A stretch of 63,774 nucleotides of DNA, filler included, from Globobulimina sp. (GCA_003354225.1; 46 parts of 46 records of this genome joined end to end with filler, not necessarily neighbours in it); one strand, 5' to 3'; counted from the whole stretch's first letter, positions 36,714 through 49,894 are shown. Made by a program: numbers and translations. Notes: generated by a model not told the origin, from the sequence alone.

Positions 36714-37206
36714 ATATAATTATAGTGTGTAATGTTTTGATTATTTTTATATTTTGTCTTTCTATGTTTTCCCGTTTGTCTTTTTTTTCCTTACATTTTT
36801 TTTTCTGTTTTTTTTTGATTTATTTTATTTAGCATAAAAAACTGTGATTTTGCGTCATTTTTGCTGACAATCCTTGAAGAAACGTGCGTCGCTATCATTG
36901 TTCCAATTCGGTGATCCTACAACTGTCTACAATAGAACTTCTACAACAGATCATAGTATAATATCAACATATGCACTAAACTGAAACTGCCGCACAATCG
37001 AGCCAATATGTACGTATGTGTATCTTTTAAAATTGAGGCCATTCAAACAAAAAAATGCAAATAATACTATATTTTTAGTAAAAGTTAAAATATTAATGGA
37101 TATTTTATTGACGATGTTGATTTTTTTTGTTTGAATGGCCTCAATTACGGATAATACAAATATCACACTTGTGAAATTTATCGAGATGTCACTATCGTTA
37201 GAATGA

Positions 37207-37402
37207 CTATCGATCTCTAGTCCTCAAGGACATTTGCTGCAAACAGTAAGCGAGCGTTTTACCAGAACCTGTTTTTGCTCGCATTAATATGTCTTTTTTT
37301 TCTAAGGCAATAGGGATGCATTTGAGTTGTACTTTGGTTGGGGTTATCAAGCCACATTTTAACAATGCTTTAACTACGCGGTGGTCCAATCCCAATGCAA
37401 CA
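37207..37402 (-). pseudogene. DEAD-box helicase (DDX56/Dbp9-like) Q-motif/Walker A fragment, apparently truncated
   Basis: GLDHRV…PTKVQ..CIP…[17 protein letters not shown], then similarity ends and a stop follows. Confidence 0.6.
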
Positions 37403-37663
37403 NNNNNNNNNNNNNNNNNNNNNNNNNNNNNNNNNNNNNNNNNNNNTTAATTAATTAANNNNNNNNNNNNNNNNNNNNNNNNNNNNNNNNNNNNNNNNNN
37501 NNAGTTAAAATTTCTGTCAATTGAGAACCTAATCGACTTTGTGATGACATGCTCGATTCAACCAAAAATAAAACTTGATCAAGTTAACTGTACTCAAACT
37601 TGACTGAAACACACACAAAACGTTCAAATGCAAAAGCAATCCATACAGATTCACAGCACAAAA

Positions 37664-38790
37664 TCACTTTTTTTTATTTACATAAACCTCCAACTGAGGG
37701 AAAGCATTCACCAACAAATGGCCCATTATCCTGATCACAGCCCATACTGCCAAGACATACGCAGCCAATCCGCCAAGAAAGGCCCTGTAATCCTGACTCA
37801 ACATCACTTCGCAACATCCAATACCATCCTCATAGCACAATTTTTCCTCATATACATCGGCATCATTATCCCCACATAAATACAACAATTCGTACTTTTC
37901 ATCCACTATAAAATGTGCCACATAGCCCACAATCGCAGCAGGCAATAAACTGACAATCGCAGGGAACAAATAAACAGTGCCAATAAACGTAGTCCAATCC
38001 AAATCCGTAGAACCTGTGTGGATGATATCCAATTTACTAAAGTCCCAAAACAGTATAGCTATAATGAACTGGCTCATGCTCTCATATCCTTTCTCCAAAT
38101 AAGCAGTCCCCACATAGATTGTTGATAACGTATAACAAGAAAGCCCCCAAACTACGTAAGCAATCCACAGCGATGATCGCTTCTCATCGCCACCATAAAC
38201 CTCAAAAAAAGATGCTGATTTATCATATTTGAATGCAACAATAATGTCAAATAACGGCACTAAGACCATTCCAAAATATGAAATAGCAAAAATCGCCACA
38301 ACAAACCATACCGAAACAGTGGCACTTAAGTCACATCGACACGGCGTTATAATGCACCATAATATTGACGATAGAAAAAGGCCAGGAATGATTGTCGGGA
38401 TACAGTGCAATAACAATATAACTGCTAGAATGACTGTAGTAATTTTGCCAAGAATCCGAAATATTGTCCGGGAAATCGACACATTTTCTTCTTCGGCGGG
38501 TATGCCGCTGGGGACCTGCACCATTCTTAATTTCCCACTCAATACATCCTCAATCAGCGCATCATATATCTCTGGATACTTTTCTTTAATGTCACTGTTT
38601 TTGCGAGCACATTCTTGGATTAATCCGAAGCGTTTTTCATCGAATTCTGAGAGTTCCGTATAGATATTTTGTGGGAAGGTTAGTTTTGTCCATTCGCGGC
38701 CGGCTTGGTCTGCTCTCATAACATACATGATTTTGGTGTGCAACTTCCGTAACAAGTAATTAGTGATTATTTCATCCATTAAGTATGGCC
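37664..38790 (-). CDS. Multi-pass membrane hypothetical protein
   Basis: 371-aa ORF with several hydrophobic helices. Confidence 0.7.
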
Positions 38791-38972
38791 NNNNNNNNNN
38801 NNNNNNNNNNNNNNNNNNNNNNNNNNNNNNNNNNTTAATTAATTAANNNNNNNNNNNNNNNNNNNNNNNNNNNNNNNNNNNNNNNNNNNNTTCAAGCACG
38901 TAGACGAAAAAAACTACAGAAAACTAATTCGATTAGTGATTTTACTTTCAATTCACTTAAATGCACAAACTC

Positions 38973-39224
38973 TATATGAACCTTTCCATAAATAATCCGT
39001 CGTTTCGTGGCCTTTTGTGTATACCATAATTTCAAATAACATCGTATGGCCTGTAATGTTTTTAATTATATGATAACGTCATAATAATAATAAGTTATAG
39101 TTAACACATCTCTCTCTCTCTAAGTGCATGCCATATTTTGCATGATATTTTTGTATGTTATTTGAAATTATGGTATACACAAAAGGCCACGAAACGACGG
39201 ATTATTTATGGAAAGGTTCATATA
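38973..39224. mobile_element. MITE with perfect 70-bp TIRs
   Basis: 38973-39042 is the exact reverse complement of 39155-39224; TA at both ends. Confidence 0.9.
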
Positions 39225-39311
39225 CACCACTTCAACTTTTGGAGTTCTTCGCAGTTTGGGCGTAAAATTCTCAATTAGCTCATTCAACTCATTTCTGAAA
39301 ATTAAGGAAAA

Positions 39312-40178
39312 ATGAACAATGCTGTCAGGAAAAGACGATCGCAATTATTAGTAAGTGGATACGTTAGAAACTGTAGGACTCAGTACATCCATACAGATAT
39401 TATTAGTATCATTCATGCGTTCCATTATTTTATTTTATTGTTGCTATATTCTATCGGTAACAACAGATATGGACAGCAAGGAAACGGAGGAAACGAAGAT
39501 ATTGAAAAAATAACAAAAATAAAAGCATTTGATAAAAAAATAAAAAATATTGTTACTTGTGGTGGTTATGGTGGTGTAGCAGTATATATTTTATTTGATG
39601 ATGAAACATATGAATGTTGTGGTTGTAATAAATTGGGTGTATTAGGTGTTGGGCATTATAATAATATTAATATATGGCATCAAATGAAAGATATGAAAAT
39701 AAAAAATATATTTGCAACACCTCATTCACGGCATTCATTTTGTATTTCAAATGAGAATAAATTATATGCTGTCGGACGGAATTATCATAATCAATTTGGT
39801 ATAACAACAAATCAAGATACTAATAATAAATGGACACCAATTAATACAACATTATCGATTCAAAAAGTAGCCACAGCAGATGGGTATACAACATTTTTAA
39901 GCACAAATGGTAACATATATGTTGCTGGCACTGATTATGGTTATGGTGGTTTAGGATTAGGTGAATATATTAGATCATCACCAAATATTCAAGAAATTCA
40001 AATAAAAATAAAATTTAAGGATATATATTGTGGACGTGAACATACCTTAGCAATTGATGATAATTATGGTGTTTGGTCGTGGGGAGATGGTACAGAGGGC
40101 AGGTTAGGTCATGGAAATGATAATCATAGATATTCACCAACAAGAATACAATATTTTATTCAAAACAATATTAAAATT
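39312..40178 (+). CDS. RCC1-repeat protein with N-terminal LLVSGYVR module
   Basis: GNNRYGQQG, GRNYHNQFG and CGREHTLAI…VWSWGDGTEGRLGHG repeats. Confidence 0.92.
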
Positions 40179-40335
40179 NNNNNNNNNNNNNNNNNNNNNN
40201 NNNNNNNNNNNNNNNNNNNNNNTTAATTAATTAANNNNNNNNNNNNNNNNNNNNNNNNNNNNNNNNNNNNNNNNNNNNCAGGTTTTCTGAAATTATTCAC
40301 TTTCACCGAAAATTGCCAATGATTCAATTTATGAT

Positions 40336-40404
40336 TTGACAAACATCCATTTTTAAAGGATAAAATTGTTTGTACAGTAGAATATTATGAGTGATAAAAA
40401 GGAG
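40336..40404 (+). promoter_or_regulatory. Possible sigma70 promoter and RBS for the aspartokinase
   Basis: TTGACA at 40336, TAAAAT at 40361 (19-bp spacer, longer than ideal), AGGAG at 40400 before ATG 40415. Confidence 0.4.
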
Positions 40405-40414
40405 CAACACTGTG

Positions 40415-41566
40415 ATGAAAAATCCAAATTTACGTGTTGAAAAAATCGGCGGCACATCCATGTCTCGCTTTGGTGAGATCGTTGACAATATTATTCTCAG
40501 GGACAAAACCGATATTTTCAACAGGATCTATGTTGTGTCAGCCTATGGCGGTGTTACCAACGAGCTCCTTGAACACAAGAAAACCGGGCAGCCCGGAATT
40601 TACGAAAAATTTAAAAATCACAGTGATTATCAGACTGCTCTGCTGGGTCTAAAAGAAAAACTCTGCGATATGAATAAGGCGTTTGTTGATGCGGGGCTTG
40701 ATCTTGATGATGCCAACGAGTTCATCAACGAGCGAATTGACCAGGCTGTCAACGTCCTGAAAAGTATGTCTGCCGTTCTTGCATCAGGATATGTCAGCAG
40801 GCACGAGCTTCTTCTGGCTGCCCGCGAGTTGCTGGCTTCACTGGGCGAAATGCACAGCGCATATAATTCCGCCAATATTTTACAGAATCGCGGATACGAT
40901 TCCACATATATTGATTTGAGTGGATGGCAGGATGGCCGCGAGTTGATTATTGATGAACGTATCAAAGATGTGTTTGTCTCCATCGATCCGTCGAGTACAA
41001 TCTGCTTTGCAACAGGTTATGCAAAAGGGACGGAAGGGATCATGCGTGAATTTGATCGCGGTTATTCAGAAGTGACTTTTTCTAAGATAGCCGTATTGTT
41101 ACGGGCCAAAGAAGCTGTTATTCACAAAGAGTTTCATCTGAGTTCGGGTGACCCGGTCATCATGGGTGAAGAAAATATCAGCCCGGTATGCGATACAAAC
41201 TTTGATGTGGCTGATCAGCTTGCCGATGTGGGAATGGAGGCAATTCACCCGAAAGCATCCAAGCCTCTTGAGGTAAATGGAATCCCCATTCGTGTGAAGA
41301 ATGCTTTTGAACCGGAACACAAAGGTACACTGATCACAAAAGAGTATATCAGTCCTGAATCAAAGATTGAAATCGTGACAGGGTCCGATAAGGTTGTATG
41401 TCTGGAAATTCACGATACAAGAATGGTCGGTGAAGTCGGGTTTGACTTGAAGATAATGAAGATTTTGTCATGGCATAATGCTTCTTACATCAGCAAGATG
41501 ACAAATGCCAACACGATCGAAATGATTGTGTTTGAAGAAGACTGCGCGCCCGCTATGATGGAAGAT
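40415..41566 (+). CDS. ask: Bacterial aspartate kinase, ectoine-associated (Ask_Ect) type, partial
   Basis: VEKIGGTSMS, VVSAYGGVTNELLEHKKTG, FDRGYSE, HKEFHLSS.DP and GMEAIHP; no introns, RBS present. Confidence 0.9.
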
Positions 41567-41778
41567 NNNNNNNNNNNNNNNNNNNNNNNNNNNNNNNNNN
41601 NNNNNNNNNNTTAATTAATTAANNNNNNNNNNNNNNNNNNNNNNNNNNNNNNNNNNNNNNNNNNNNTTAATTTGCAATAAATAAATGAGCATTAATAAAT
41701 AAAGCAAATAAGAAAAAAAAGCAAGTTCGTTCTCCCCAGGAAATATTAGAAATTCAACAAATCTTTAAAATACTCAAT

Positions 41779-42831
41779 TTGAATCAAACTGAACATGATG
41801 ATTTCCATTATAATAATACGAAAAAGAAAAAAGAGGAAACACCAAAGAGATTACCGGTACCTCCTTGTTGCTTTGAAAGGAGTATAAAGAAAAATGAGAA
41901 AACGAAAATAATAACTTGTGGTATAAAGAAAAAATCTGACTTGGATGCAAACAGCAAACACGACTTAAAAAATGATATATGGTCTAATAACACAAAAATT
42001 GATTTATTAATGTTCGGATTTATTCGGAATTATTATACGCATATATTTCCATCAGATCTTTATCCGTTGATATTTTGGCACATTTTACAGCCACCCATAT
42101 TTATTGAGATTTTAATATCAGAAAAATTATCTGTAACCTTTGATCGTAATGGAGCAATAAAAAAATTTGAGGTTAGAGGAGATTTAGACATTTGTATATT
42201 GGATCCATCAGCAACACAATGTGTAATTGACACAAATATAGATCCAAATTCAAAACAATTTATTAAACCAAGATGGAGGGCACACCCAAGGCTGGATGCT
42301 GCTGAATGGAAAAACGGTATTTTATGTTTAAAAAGTAGAAAGAAAAAGTTTCGTGTTGGTAGGTCTCAGCAAACTACAATTGCAAAATGGAAGTTTCTGC
42401 TTAATGAGGATTCAAAGGTACCGATTGCTATTAAATTTTGGCCAAAACAGGAATCGGATGATATAATTAAAAATATTATTGTTAAGGTTGAATATCAATG
42501 TCATATACCAATGGAAAATGTAATTGTTACGTTTCCAAATCCAACAGATAAAGAACCAAACATTTTAAGTTGTGACAATGGTGATATTACGTTTCATGAT
42601 GATGAATTTCGTTGGGTTTTAAATCATTTGGATGGCGATGCTCAAGGATCGATGGAGTGTATAATACCTGGTGTTGAATTAGATGATTTGTGGCCAGTTT
42701 CAGTGCAGTTTGAAATGGAAAATATGTCTTACTCACAAATTCATATTAAGGGTATTCATCATATTGACAGCAAACACAAAATTGAACATGTTGTTAAAAA
42801 AAAATGTGTTTCTGAAATAGTGTATGATTGA
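41779..42831 (+). CDS. Coatomer delta-subunit mu-homology domain with non-native N-terminus
   Basis: ISEKLSVTFDRNG..KKFEVRGDL, HPRLD, VPIAIKFWP, GSMEC and WPVSVQF; no longin domain. Start codon uncertain. Confidence 0.75.
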   Translation: MNQTEHDDFHYNNTKKKKEETPKRLPVPPCCFERSIKKNEKTKIITCGIKKKSDLDANSKHDLKNDIWSNNTKIDLLMFGFIRNYYTHIFPSDLYPLIFWHILQPPIFIEILISEKLSVTFDRNGAIKKFEVRGDLDICILDPSATQCVIDTNIDPNSKQFIKPRWRAHPRLDAAEWKNGILCLKSRKKKFRVGRSQQTTIAKWKFLLNEDSKVPIAIKFWPKQESDDIIKNIIVKVEYQCHIPMENVIVTFPNPTDKEPNILSCDNGDITFHDDEFRWVLNHLDGDAQGSMECIIPGVELDDLWPVSVQFEMENMSYSQIHIKGIHHIDSKHKIEHVVKKKCVSEIVYD

Positions 42832-43442
42832 ACAGTGACGGAGTTTGAATGTTAGTTTTGTTTGTTCTTTCATGCCAGTACACTTCATGCGGCGCCATCT
42901 GTGATATTGGAAGGAGCCACTCAGTTGTCTGGCATTTGACGGCGCAACATTTTANNNNNNNNNNNNNNNNNNNNNNNNNNNNNNNNNNNNNNNNNNNNTT
43001 AATTAATTAANNNNNNNNNNNNNNNNNNNNNNNNNNNNNNNNNNNNNNNNNNNNTGAAATATCATTTAACGCCGCGCCACCTGTCGTACATAAGCGATAA
43101 TGGCCAATTTTGGCTGAGGTACGTTTTTTCTTTGATATATTACCATTGATCTCATTATTTAATTCATTTTGATCCTTCTGATATTCCATAAATTGATAAT
43201 AATCTAAGTTTTTAGGGGGAATTTAAGGGGGGATTATATTGTGTATATATTAACATTATAAAAATACTTAGAAAGTATTTTACGCACTTATTCAAAAACG
43301 GATATCTGAAAAAACGGATTACGCAAAAAGCAGATTACTGAAAATGCATACACTGCACACCGAAAACACCGTTTTTTTGCACTGACAATGCATGAAATAA
43401 ACAAAACATGCACACAAATAAAAGAGACAGAATGTACAGATT

Positions 43443-44342
43443 CTACATACTCTTCATGACAGAATTACGGATATCTTCATCCGTCACATGATTGCCACCA
43501 TATTTTTGCATCAAATCCGTGAAACAAATGGTGTCATCTTCATCGTCAATGCCAGGATGCATAAACGTGAGACCTTCTACTAAGGCCGACTTATTATTTG
43601 ATTCTAAATCATTATTAACTCTCTGTTGAATATTTTTGGCGTTATTCACCAAATCAATGTTAAATGCATCATTTTCTATATTGATGTTGCCATCGCGATC
43701 GATGGTACGACGATTACGTATATTCACTGCTAATTCACGTTGTTTATTGCGATTATTTAATTGATCCAACAACGAAGGTTTCGACCCTGTAAATCTATTT
43801 TTGCCCCTTGCATTATTACCGTTGTTGCTGACTTGTTGAAGATTATTGATCCACGAATTGCCATTATTCTCTTCCTCTTTACTTTCAACCTCTTTCTGTA
43901 CGTCTGCAGTGTTGGTGTTATTGTTGGAATTGGTGTTGTGTTGATTGTTGGTATTGGACCTCGGCAGCGTATCTAATATTTTCTGTTTATATAAATCGAA
44001 TTCTTCTGATTTGTTTAATGGCGACAATAAACGTTGAATTATTTCGGCCAAATTTGAGAAATCAGGCTTGAAGTTTGCGACTTTCTATGTTAATGACGTT
44101 TCCGTTAATCCAAAATAAATATACATCTTCGATTTCGGAGTATTTTTATACGTCACATTGGTCGCATCACTCACAAATTGATTGAATTGATTAATAATAT
44201 TATGCCACGAAATTCTCGCAAAATTACAAAATTCGTTGACTTGCTCTTTGTCAAAATTCGAAGGATTGCCACGAGCTGAAATTAATAGATTTTCAATCAC
44301 CTGCAACGACGCAAAATCTTGCCGTTGAAAGTAGTCAATAAG
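43443..44342 (-). CDS. Hypothetical protein, 3' part (intron near 44085-44125)
   Basis: Two same-strand ORFs separated by a GT…AG gap; Asn-rich. Confidence 0.55.
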
Positions 44343-44442
44343 NNNNNNNNNNNNNNNNNNNNNNNNNNNNNNNNNNNNNNNNNNNNTTAATTAATTAANN
44401 NNNNNNNNNNNNNNNNNNNNNNNNNNNNNNNNNNNNNNNNNN

Positions 44443-45500
44443 ATCTTTATTTGATCGCACATTGAAAGTAATTTGTTTTGCAGCTCCACTCGTTGATTGC
44501 TCTGCAGATTTTAGAATTGCGCCAACGACAATGGGCTATTTTTATTCTTATGGTCTTTCAACACAAATAATTTCCATTCGCTAATGGAACAGCAAAGTTT
44601 ACGTATTTCAAACAGCGGTTTTCGTAAATCTCTATTCAAAATAAATAAGTTCTCGTTCATGACATTATTACACAACTTAATCTTATGTCGTTTTATGCAT
44701 TTCTTCCATCTTCGAAAGGATTTCCAGATTCGGAAACGTTTAAAAAATGCGATGTTCATCATCGAGGTAAACAGATAATATTCGCGCTGCCATTGGTCCG
44801 AAGGGCTGAAGCCAACTCGGGTCATACCGTCCAATTTGTAAAAGTGGGTCAATCCTTTGGATGAAAGCGTGTAATAATTGTTTTTATTTATTAATTGCAG
44901 CGAAGGCACTATCTCTAGCTCGTAGGGACTGATCTCGTTCAAATATACAAATTGTGTGTCGGCCTCATTTCGTACGGCATCAAAAAAAGCAAAAGGTGAA
45001 CGTATATATTGTTGGTAGGATAACTGCGCCATTTGTTGACGAATAAAGTTTTTGGTCACAATTTTTTCGCGTTCTTTTTCGTTGCCTTTCTTCATTAAAT
45101 ATTTTGTATTGTATTTGGGGAAATAATTTGAATCGTTTTGCTTTTGTATCGCGGCATATCTTGCTCTCGTTTCTGCAGTGTCGAGGATGTTGTTACAATT
45201 TGTTGGATTGGCTTTTTCCGCAATTTCAGAAGTATGGAATTTGTGTGTTTGTTGAGATGAGAATATTTGCTTTTTGTTGTTGTTGTTATTTGTATTTTCG
45301 CCATTTGGGTTTGATTGTATTTCGGAATCTGCACAAAAATATGTTGGGACAGGTTTACCAGTTTTGTATATTAATCTATTTGTTGAATCTCGTTCAGTTA
45401 AAATGGATGAAGGTTTCTTCCTTCTTCTTTTCGATGTAACATTAGGTACTGCCGTTGTATTATGCCGAGACTCACGGTCGTCATTGTTAGATTGAGACAT
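44443..45500 (-). CDS. Inner-arm dynein heavy chain N-terminus (DNAH6-like)
   Basis: FVYL…PYELEIV…YYTLSSKGLTH…W.REY..F…FF..FR.WK.F..W…LFILN; in-frame TAA at 44511-44513. Confidence 0.8.
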
Positions 45501-45949
45501 TCTTAAAACTTGAACATTTTGAACTAAGTTTTTAAAAATACTTAAAATATAAAAAATATAAAAATAATTAATGCATATCAATCGGTTGAGATTACGCAAA
45601 GCGTCTAACAAATTCGAAACAACCTGGTAAGAACCGTTTCATGTTATGGAGTTGTCCATATCCAGTATTATCTATGTTGTTGACAGTGGGTCATCATCAT
45701 CGACATTGACAGCAGAATGTTGAATTATCANNNNNNNNNNNNNNNNNNNNNNNNNNNNNNNNNNNNNNNNNNNNTTAATTAATTAANNNNNNNNNNNNNN
45801 NNNNNNNNNNNNNNNNNNNNNNNNNNNNNNGGCCGCCACCGTGTTGCGCAGCGCTTGGGCGGCTCGGAGGGCCTGCTCGTGTTCCGCGGCGGGGACGTCA
45901 CCGAGGTCGGGTGCTGCGGCCTCGCCTAGCCGGTCAGCCGCTTTGGTCT

Positions 45950-46706
45950 GATGTTTCGACACAAGCTGTGATGCATACGCTTCAGGTTTATAATAAATAC
46001 TCAACGTGTCGGCCGCTGGTTCTTTTTCATCATCTTTTGTATCGTCTTTTGCTTCTTCTTCTTTACTCTCTGCCACTGCACCACCACTGGCTGCACTACC
46101 ACTGCCTAAATGTTTTTCTTTCAATAAATATAAATCTTTCTTCCAATATGGATCTTTTTTCACCATTTTCCAATACTGTGCGGCAGCTTTACTCCGTGCT
46201 TTTTTCTTACCATTGGCGAATTCATCAGATGTCGAGTTTTCAAATATGCTTTGCACTTCTTTGAAGTCATCGTTATTGGGAGAATCGCGGCTGTATTTGC
46301 CCGAAGCGCTGATTTCCTGGTTCATTGTGGCTTGCTTATCGTAGAAAAACTGCACTTGTTTCATAGCTTCTGCTCGTTCTGTGTATCGTTAGGTTGTTTA
46401 GGATGCATTCTCTGCAATATATTGATGTGTATTGTGTATATATATACCATTATCATCAGCCGATGCAAAATTATATGTTTTGCCTTTGTACTCAAACTGC
46501 CAGCAAGATTTCATAGTTTTACCTTCGCCGCTCGCCGTTTTTAAATCACCCCATTCTTCTTTGACTAAATGGATACTAATTCTTACTTTTTTCTTTTCGT
46601 AACATTCGAATATGCCATCACTGGTTATTCGGATCGTTCGCTGTTTGTATTTGTCTCGTTTACCGAATCCTTTATATTCTGCGTCTTTATCGTAGACGTA
46701 AGACAT
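45950..46706 (-). CDS. PH-domain protein, 5' part
   Basis: YKQRTIRIT…TYNFASADDN|ERAEAMKQV after splicing 46379-46447. Confidence 0.65.
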
Positions 46707-47036
46707 GGATGGTTAGATCTGTTTCGTTTTGTTTGTGGTGTTGAATAAATTAGTTTATAATAGAATTGTGGATGGTGTTAAACTCTTTCAGAAATGAGAA
46801 ACTGGGTCAAATTGGTTAGGTGTAGTGAAAATAGAAACAAAAAAACTTTCAGAACTCTGCTATATATTGGATTAGTGTGTGGATATCGGAGTTTTACCTA
46901 AAACAGCAAACTTCTTTTTTAAAAATCGACTAAAAAACATCCTCACAAGGCTCTGACACAATAAAACCGGTTCGTTTCCTCGTCAAACCTTCCAATTCGA
47001 ATCTAAATCAACATAAACATAATACCGACAGTCCAT

Positions 47037-47118
47037 ATGGCCGACGTTCAAGAATTTTTAGACTCCATTAAATTATCAAAATACTACGATGCATTGGTAG
47101 AAGGTGGTGCAGAAAGTA
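47037..47118 (+). CDS. SAM-domain protein N-terminus
   Basis: MADVQEFLDSIKLSKYYDALVEGG. Confidence 0.55.
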
Positions 47119-47218
47119 NNNNNNNNNNNNNNNNNNNNNNNNNNNNNNNNNNNNNNNNNNNNTTAATTAATTAANNNNNNNNNNNNNNNNNNNNNNNNNN
47201 NNNNNNNNNNNNNNNNNN

Positions 47219-48317
47219 GTTTGATATCCCTTTTTGTGCCATTAATTGACCGATGTAAACATCATTTATTTTCTCCATCGTTCCATCTGAACATATCCCC
47301 AATCTCCACAATTTATTTTCTTCTAAAATGTCATTATCAGAAAGAACAAATCCACCAATAAACAGTTTCAAAATTTCTGGTTTTATATCTCCTTTTTTTC
47401 CTTTTTTTCCTTTTTTCCCCTTTTTGATGATCTTATGCTCATATTTATGACCATACCTTTCCCAATGTTGCGCACGAACAATGCCGTATGCCAATCCCTT
47501 TTCCATACTTATCCATTGTTTTCTTCCTTTTTTCAATCCGTTGGTGTATACACGATAAGTGACGTTATCACTCTTCGATAAACAACATGTCATCAACGAA
47601 GTACCTTCCAATATAATATCTTTATGCAAACACTCAGCTTTACCACCACATTGCGCATCGTCAAATCGTATCATTATCGATGTTACAATTGTTGTCATTG
47701 GATCGAATTTGGACCTCAGGAGCTCAAAAGATAACAAAAACAATTCATCGTTGAACCGTTTGCCATTATCATCCATTTTTATACCCATATTGTTAACATG
47801 TGGAAATGATTTCATTTTTTCATACATTAAGGCACATTCAGGAGCTCCATCAAATAACGAATTGTTGATCAACACTATGTTTCTTCATTAAATCACCCAA
47901 AACACAGCCTTTTGCCACAAGTCTGGCATCTAATCCATACTGATGGTATGGGCTATACGTTGAGGGATATTTAGGAGGATCTCGGAGGCAAACAACTGTT
48001 TTTTGTGTTGTCTGTAGAGGTGAATTTTTATAACAGAAACAAACAAACATACTGGCAAAAAATGGAGATTGTTGTTGAACGTCGTATGAATATCTAGTCG
48101 TCTCTTTATAATTCTTTATGTCATCATCATCCTTTTCAACATAAGTCTTAATGTCATCATCATCTAATAGTTGAACCGGATGGATGTCCGCTTTGATATA
48201 ACACCTCGTGTGTCTTTTTGGACGACGATTATGACGACGACCACGTGACATTGTGATGTTTAAGTTTGGTTTTGAAAAACTGTTCTTACAATCATTTTCA
48301 AAAAACTTTACAATCAT
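47219..48317 (-). CDS. Hypothetical protein(s): two overlapping ORFs, possibly one frameshifted gene
   Basis: ORFs 47850-48317 and 47171-47875 overlap on the same strand. Confidence 0.4.
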
Positions 48318-48635
48318 CTACATTTAACGGTAAACAATCAGAATTGAATTAGGAAAACGCCAACATTATCAAAAAACACATAGATCATCGTAAACAATCA
48401 GTGGTTTTATTGTTAAGTGTTTGCATTGTTTGGATATTGCTGACATTATGGCATTGTGTTTGTAAATTGCTTCAAATAACAAATTTAAACAAATTTAAAC
48501 AAATTTNNNNNNNNNNNNNNNNNNNNNNNNNNNNNNNNNNNNNNNNNNNNTTAATTAATTAANNNNNNNNNNNNNNNNNNNNNNNNNNNNNNNNNNNNNN
48601 NNNNNNCTGATTGATTGACTCGAACATATGTGTAA

Positions 48636-49894
48636 TCACTTTATGACGCCAGAACACACCCCACACACCACACAAAAGAGCAGACAGAACACACACCTTT
48701 TCAACATTTCGCAATTTACAAATAAATGTTTTAAAATGCGCCGTCTAAATATCATCGATAAATGTATTAATCTCCGAAAAAGTGATAAAAACAGATTGTT
48801 ATAGTCATATTCAAAAACCATATTTAATAATTTCTCCCAAAATGCGAATTTCATCAAACTCAAAACTTGTCCACATTTATCTTGTGCGAAATCACTGGAA
48901 ACAACTAACAAACTTAAACAATTCAGGCGAATTTGACCAAATGGTTTCATTATCTCACCGCACGACAATTTGATTGAATTTATTTTAAAATTCGGATTGA
49001 TAATAACCTCACATATTTTTGGTATGAACGAGTGTGTTCTATTTAACATACCTTCAAACATTGAATGTAGCATATTTTCATTTGATGTCTGCTCTTCGTT
49101 TACTACATTGATATTTTCTCGACTTAAAATATCTAAAAATGTGATTAATATCTGCCCATAATATATTCTATTCTGATTATCGACATCCAACAAAGCATTC
49201 ATAAACGAGTCGATAATTAAATAATTATCGCTATACTCTTTGAATAATTCGCTACTTTCTGCATTTGCTGCACATCGAATGACTAAATCAATAAAAAAGT
49301 TGGCATATTTTGCTGCGACGTCACAATGTTTCTCATCGCACGAAACAAATAAAATATATTCCACAAATTTCCAATCGATTAACATTTTTATTAACTTCTT
49401 TATGGATGGAACAGAGATCAAATCTAAAATGAACGAATCCAGATTTCCTCGATGCACATTTCTAAACAATGCACATTTCAGTAAGGATTCAATGCGTTTT
49501 TCATTTATCAGTGTATTTACAAATTGTTTGGGGTCGTTATAAAATAACACCTCTAATACAACGCGACCGTGATATTTATTTCCCTTTGACAGCGGATGAA
49601 AGACCGCCAAACTATGTAGACATATTTGCGTACATTTCTTGGCTAAAAATGATTTTATAGTTTCCGCGTCATTTATATTCGATAATATTTTCATCAGCGC
49701 GTAACTTAATTGTGTCGCTCTTATTTCATCCACGTCGTCAGAGCCTAAATTATCTGCAGTATCCGGTATAACATCATCAAAATTAATGTCATGATTGTCA
49801 TATAACTTTGTTCCATGTGGCAATCTCGACAAATAACTCAATAATAGGGATGTTATATTATCCTCACTCAAAAACTCCACCATCTTCCACGTAA
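48636..49894 (-). CDS. SAPS (SIT4/PP6 regulatory subunit)-like protein, internal part
   Basis: MVEFL…LLSY, KPFGQIRL and W..LL..VFEY.YNNLF. Confidence 0.7.

Noticed and set aside
27786-41566. IS110 and aspartokinase as horizontal transfers, or any operon-like clustering
   Set aside because: Each sits on its own contig with no eukaryotic flank, and adjacency across linkers is arbitrary.
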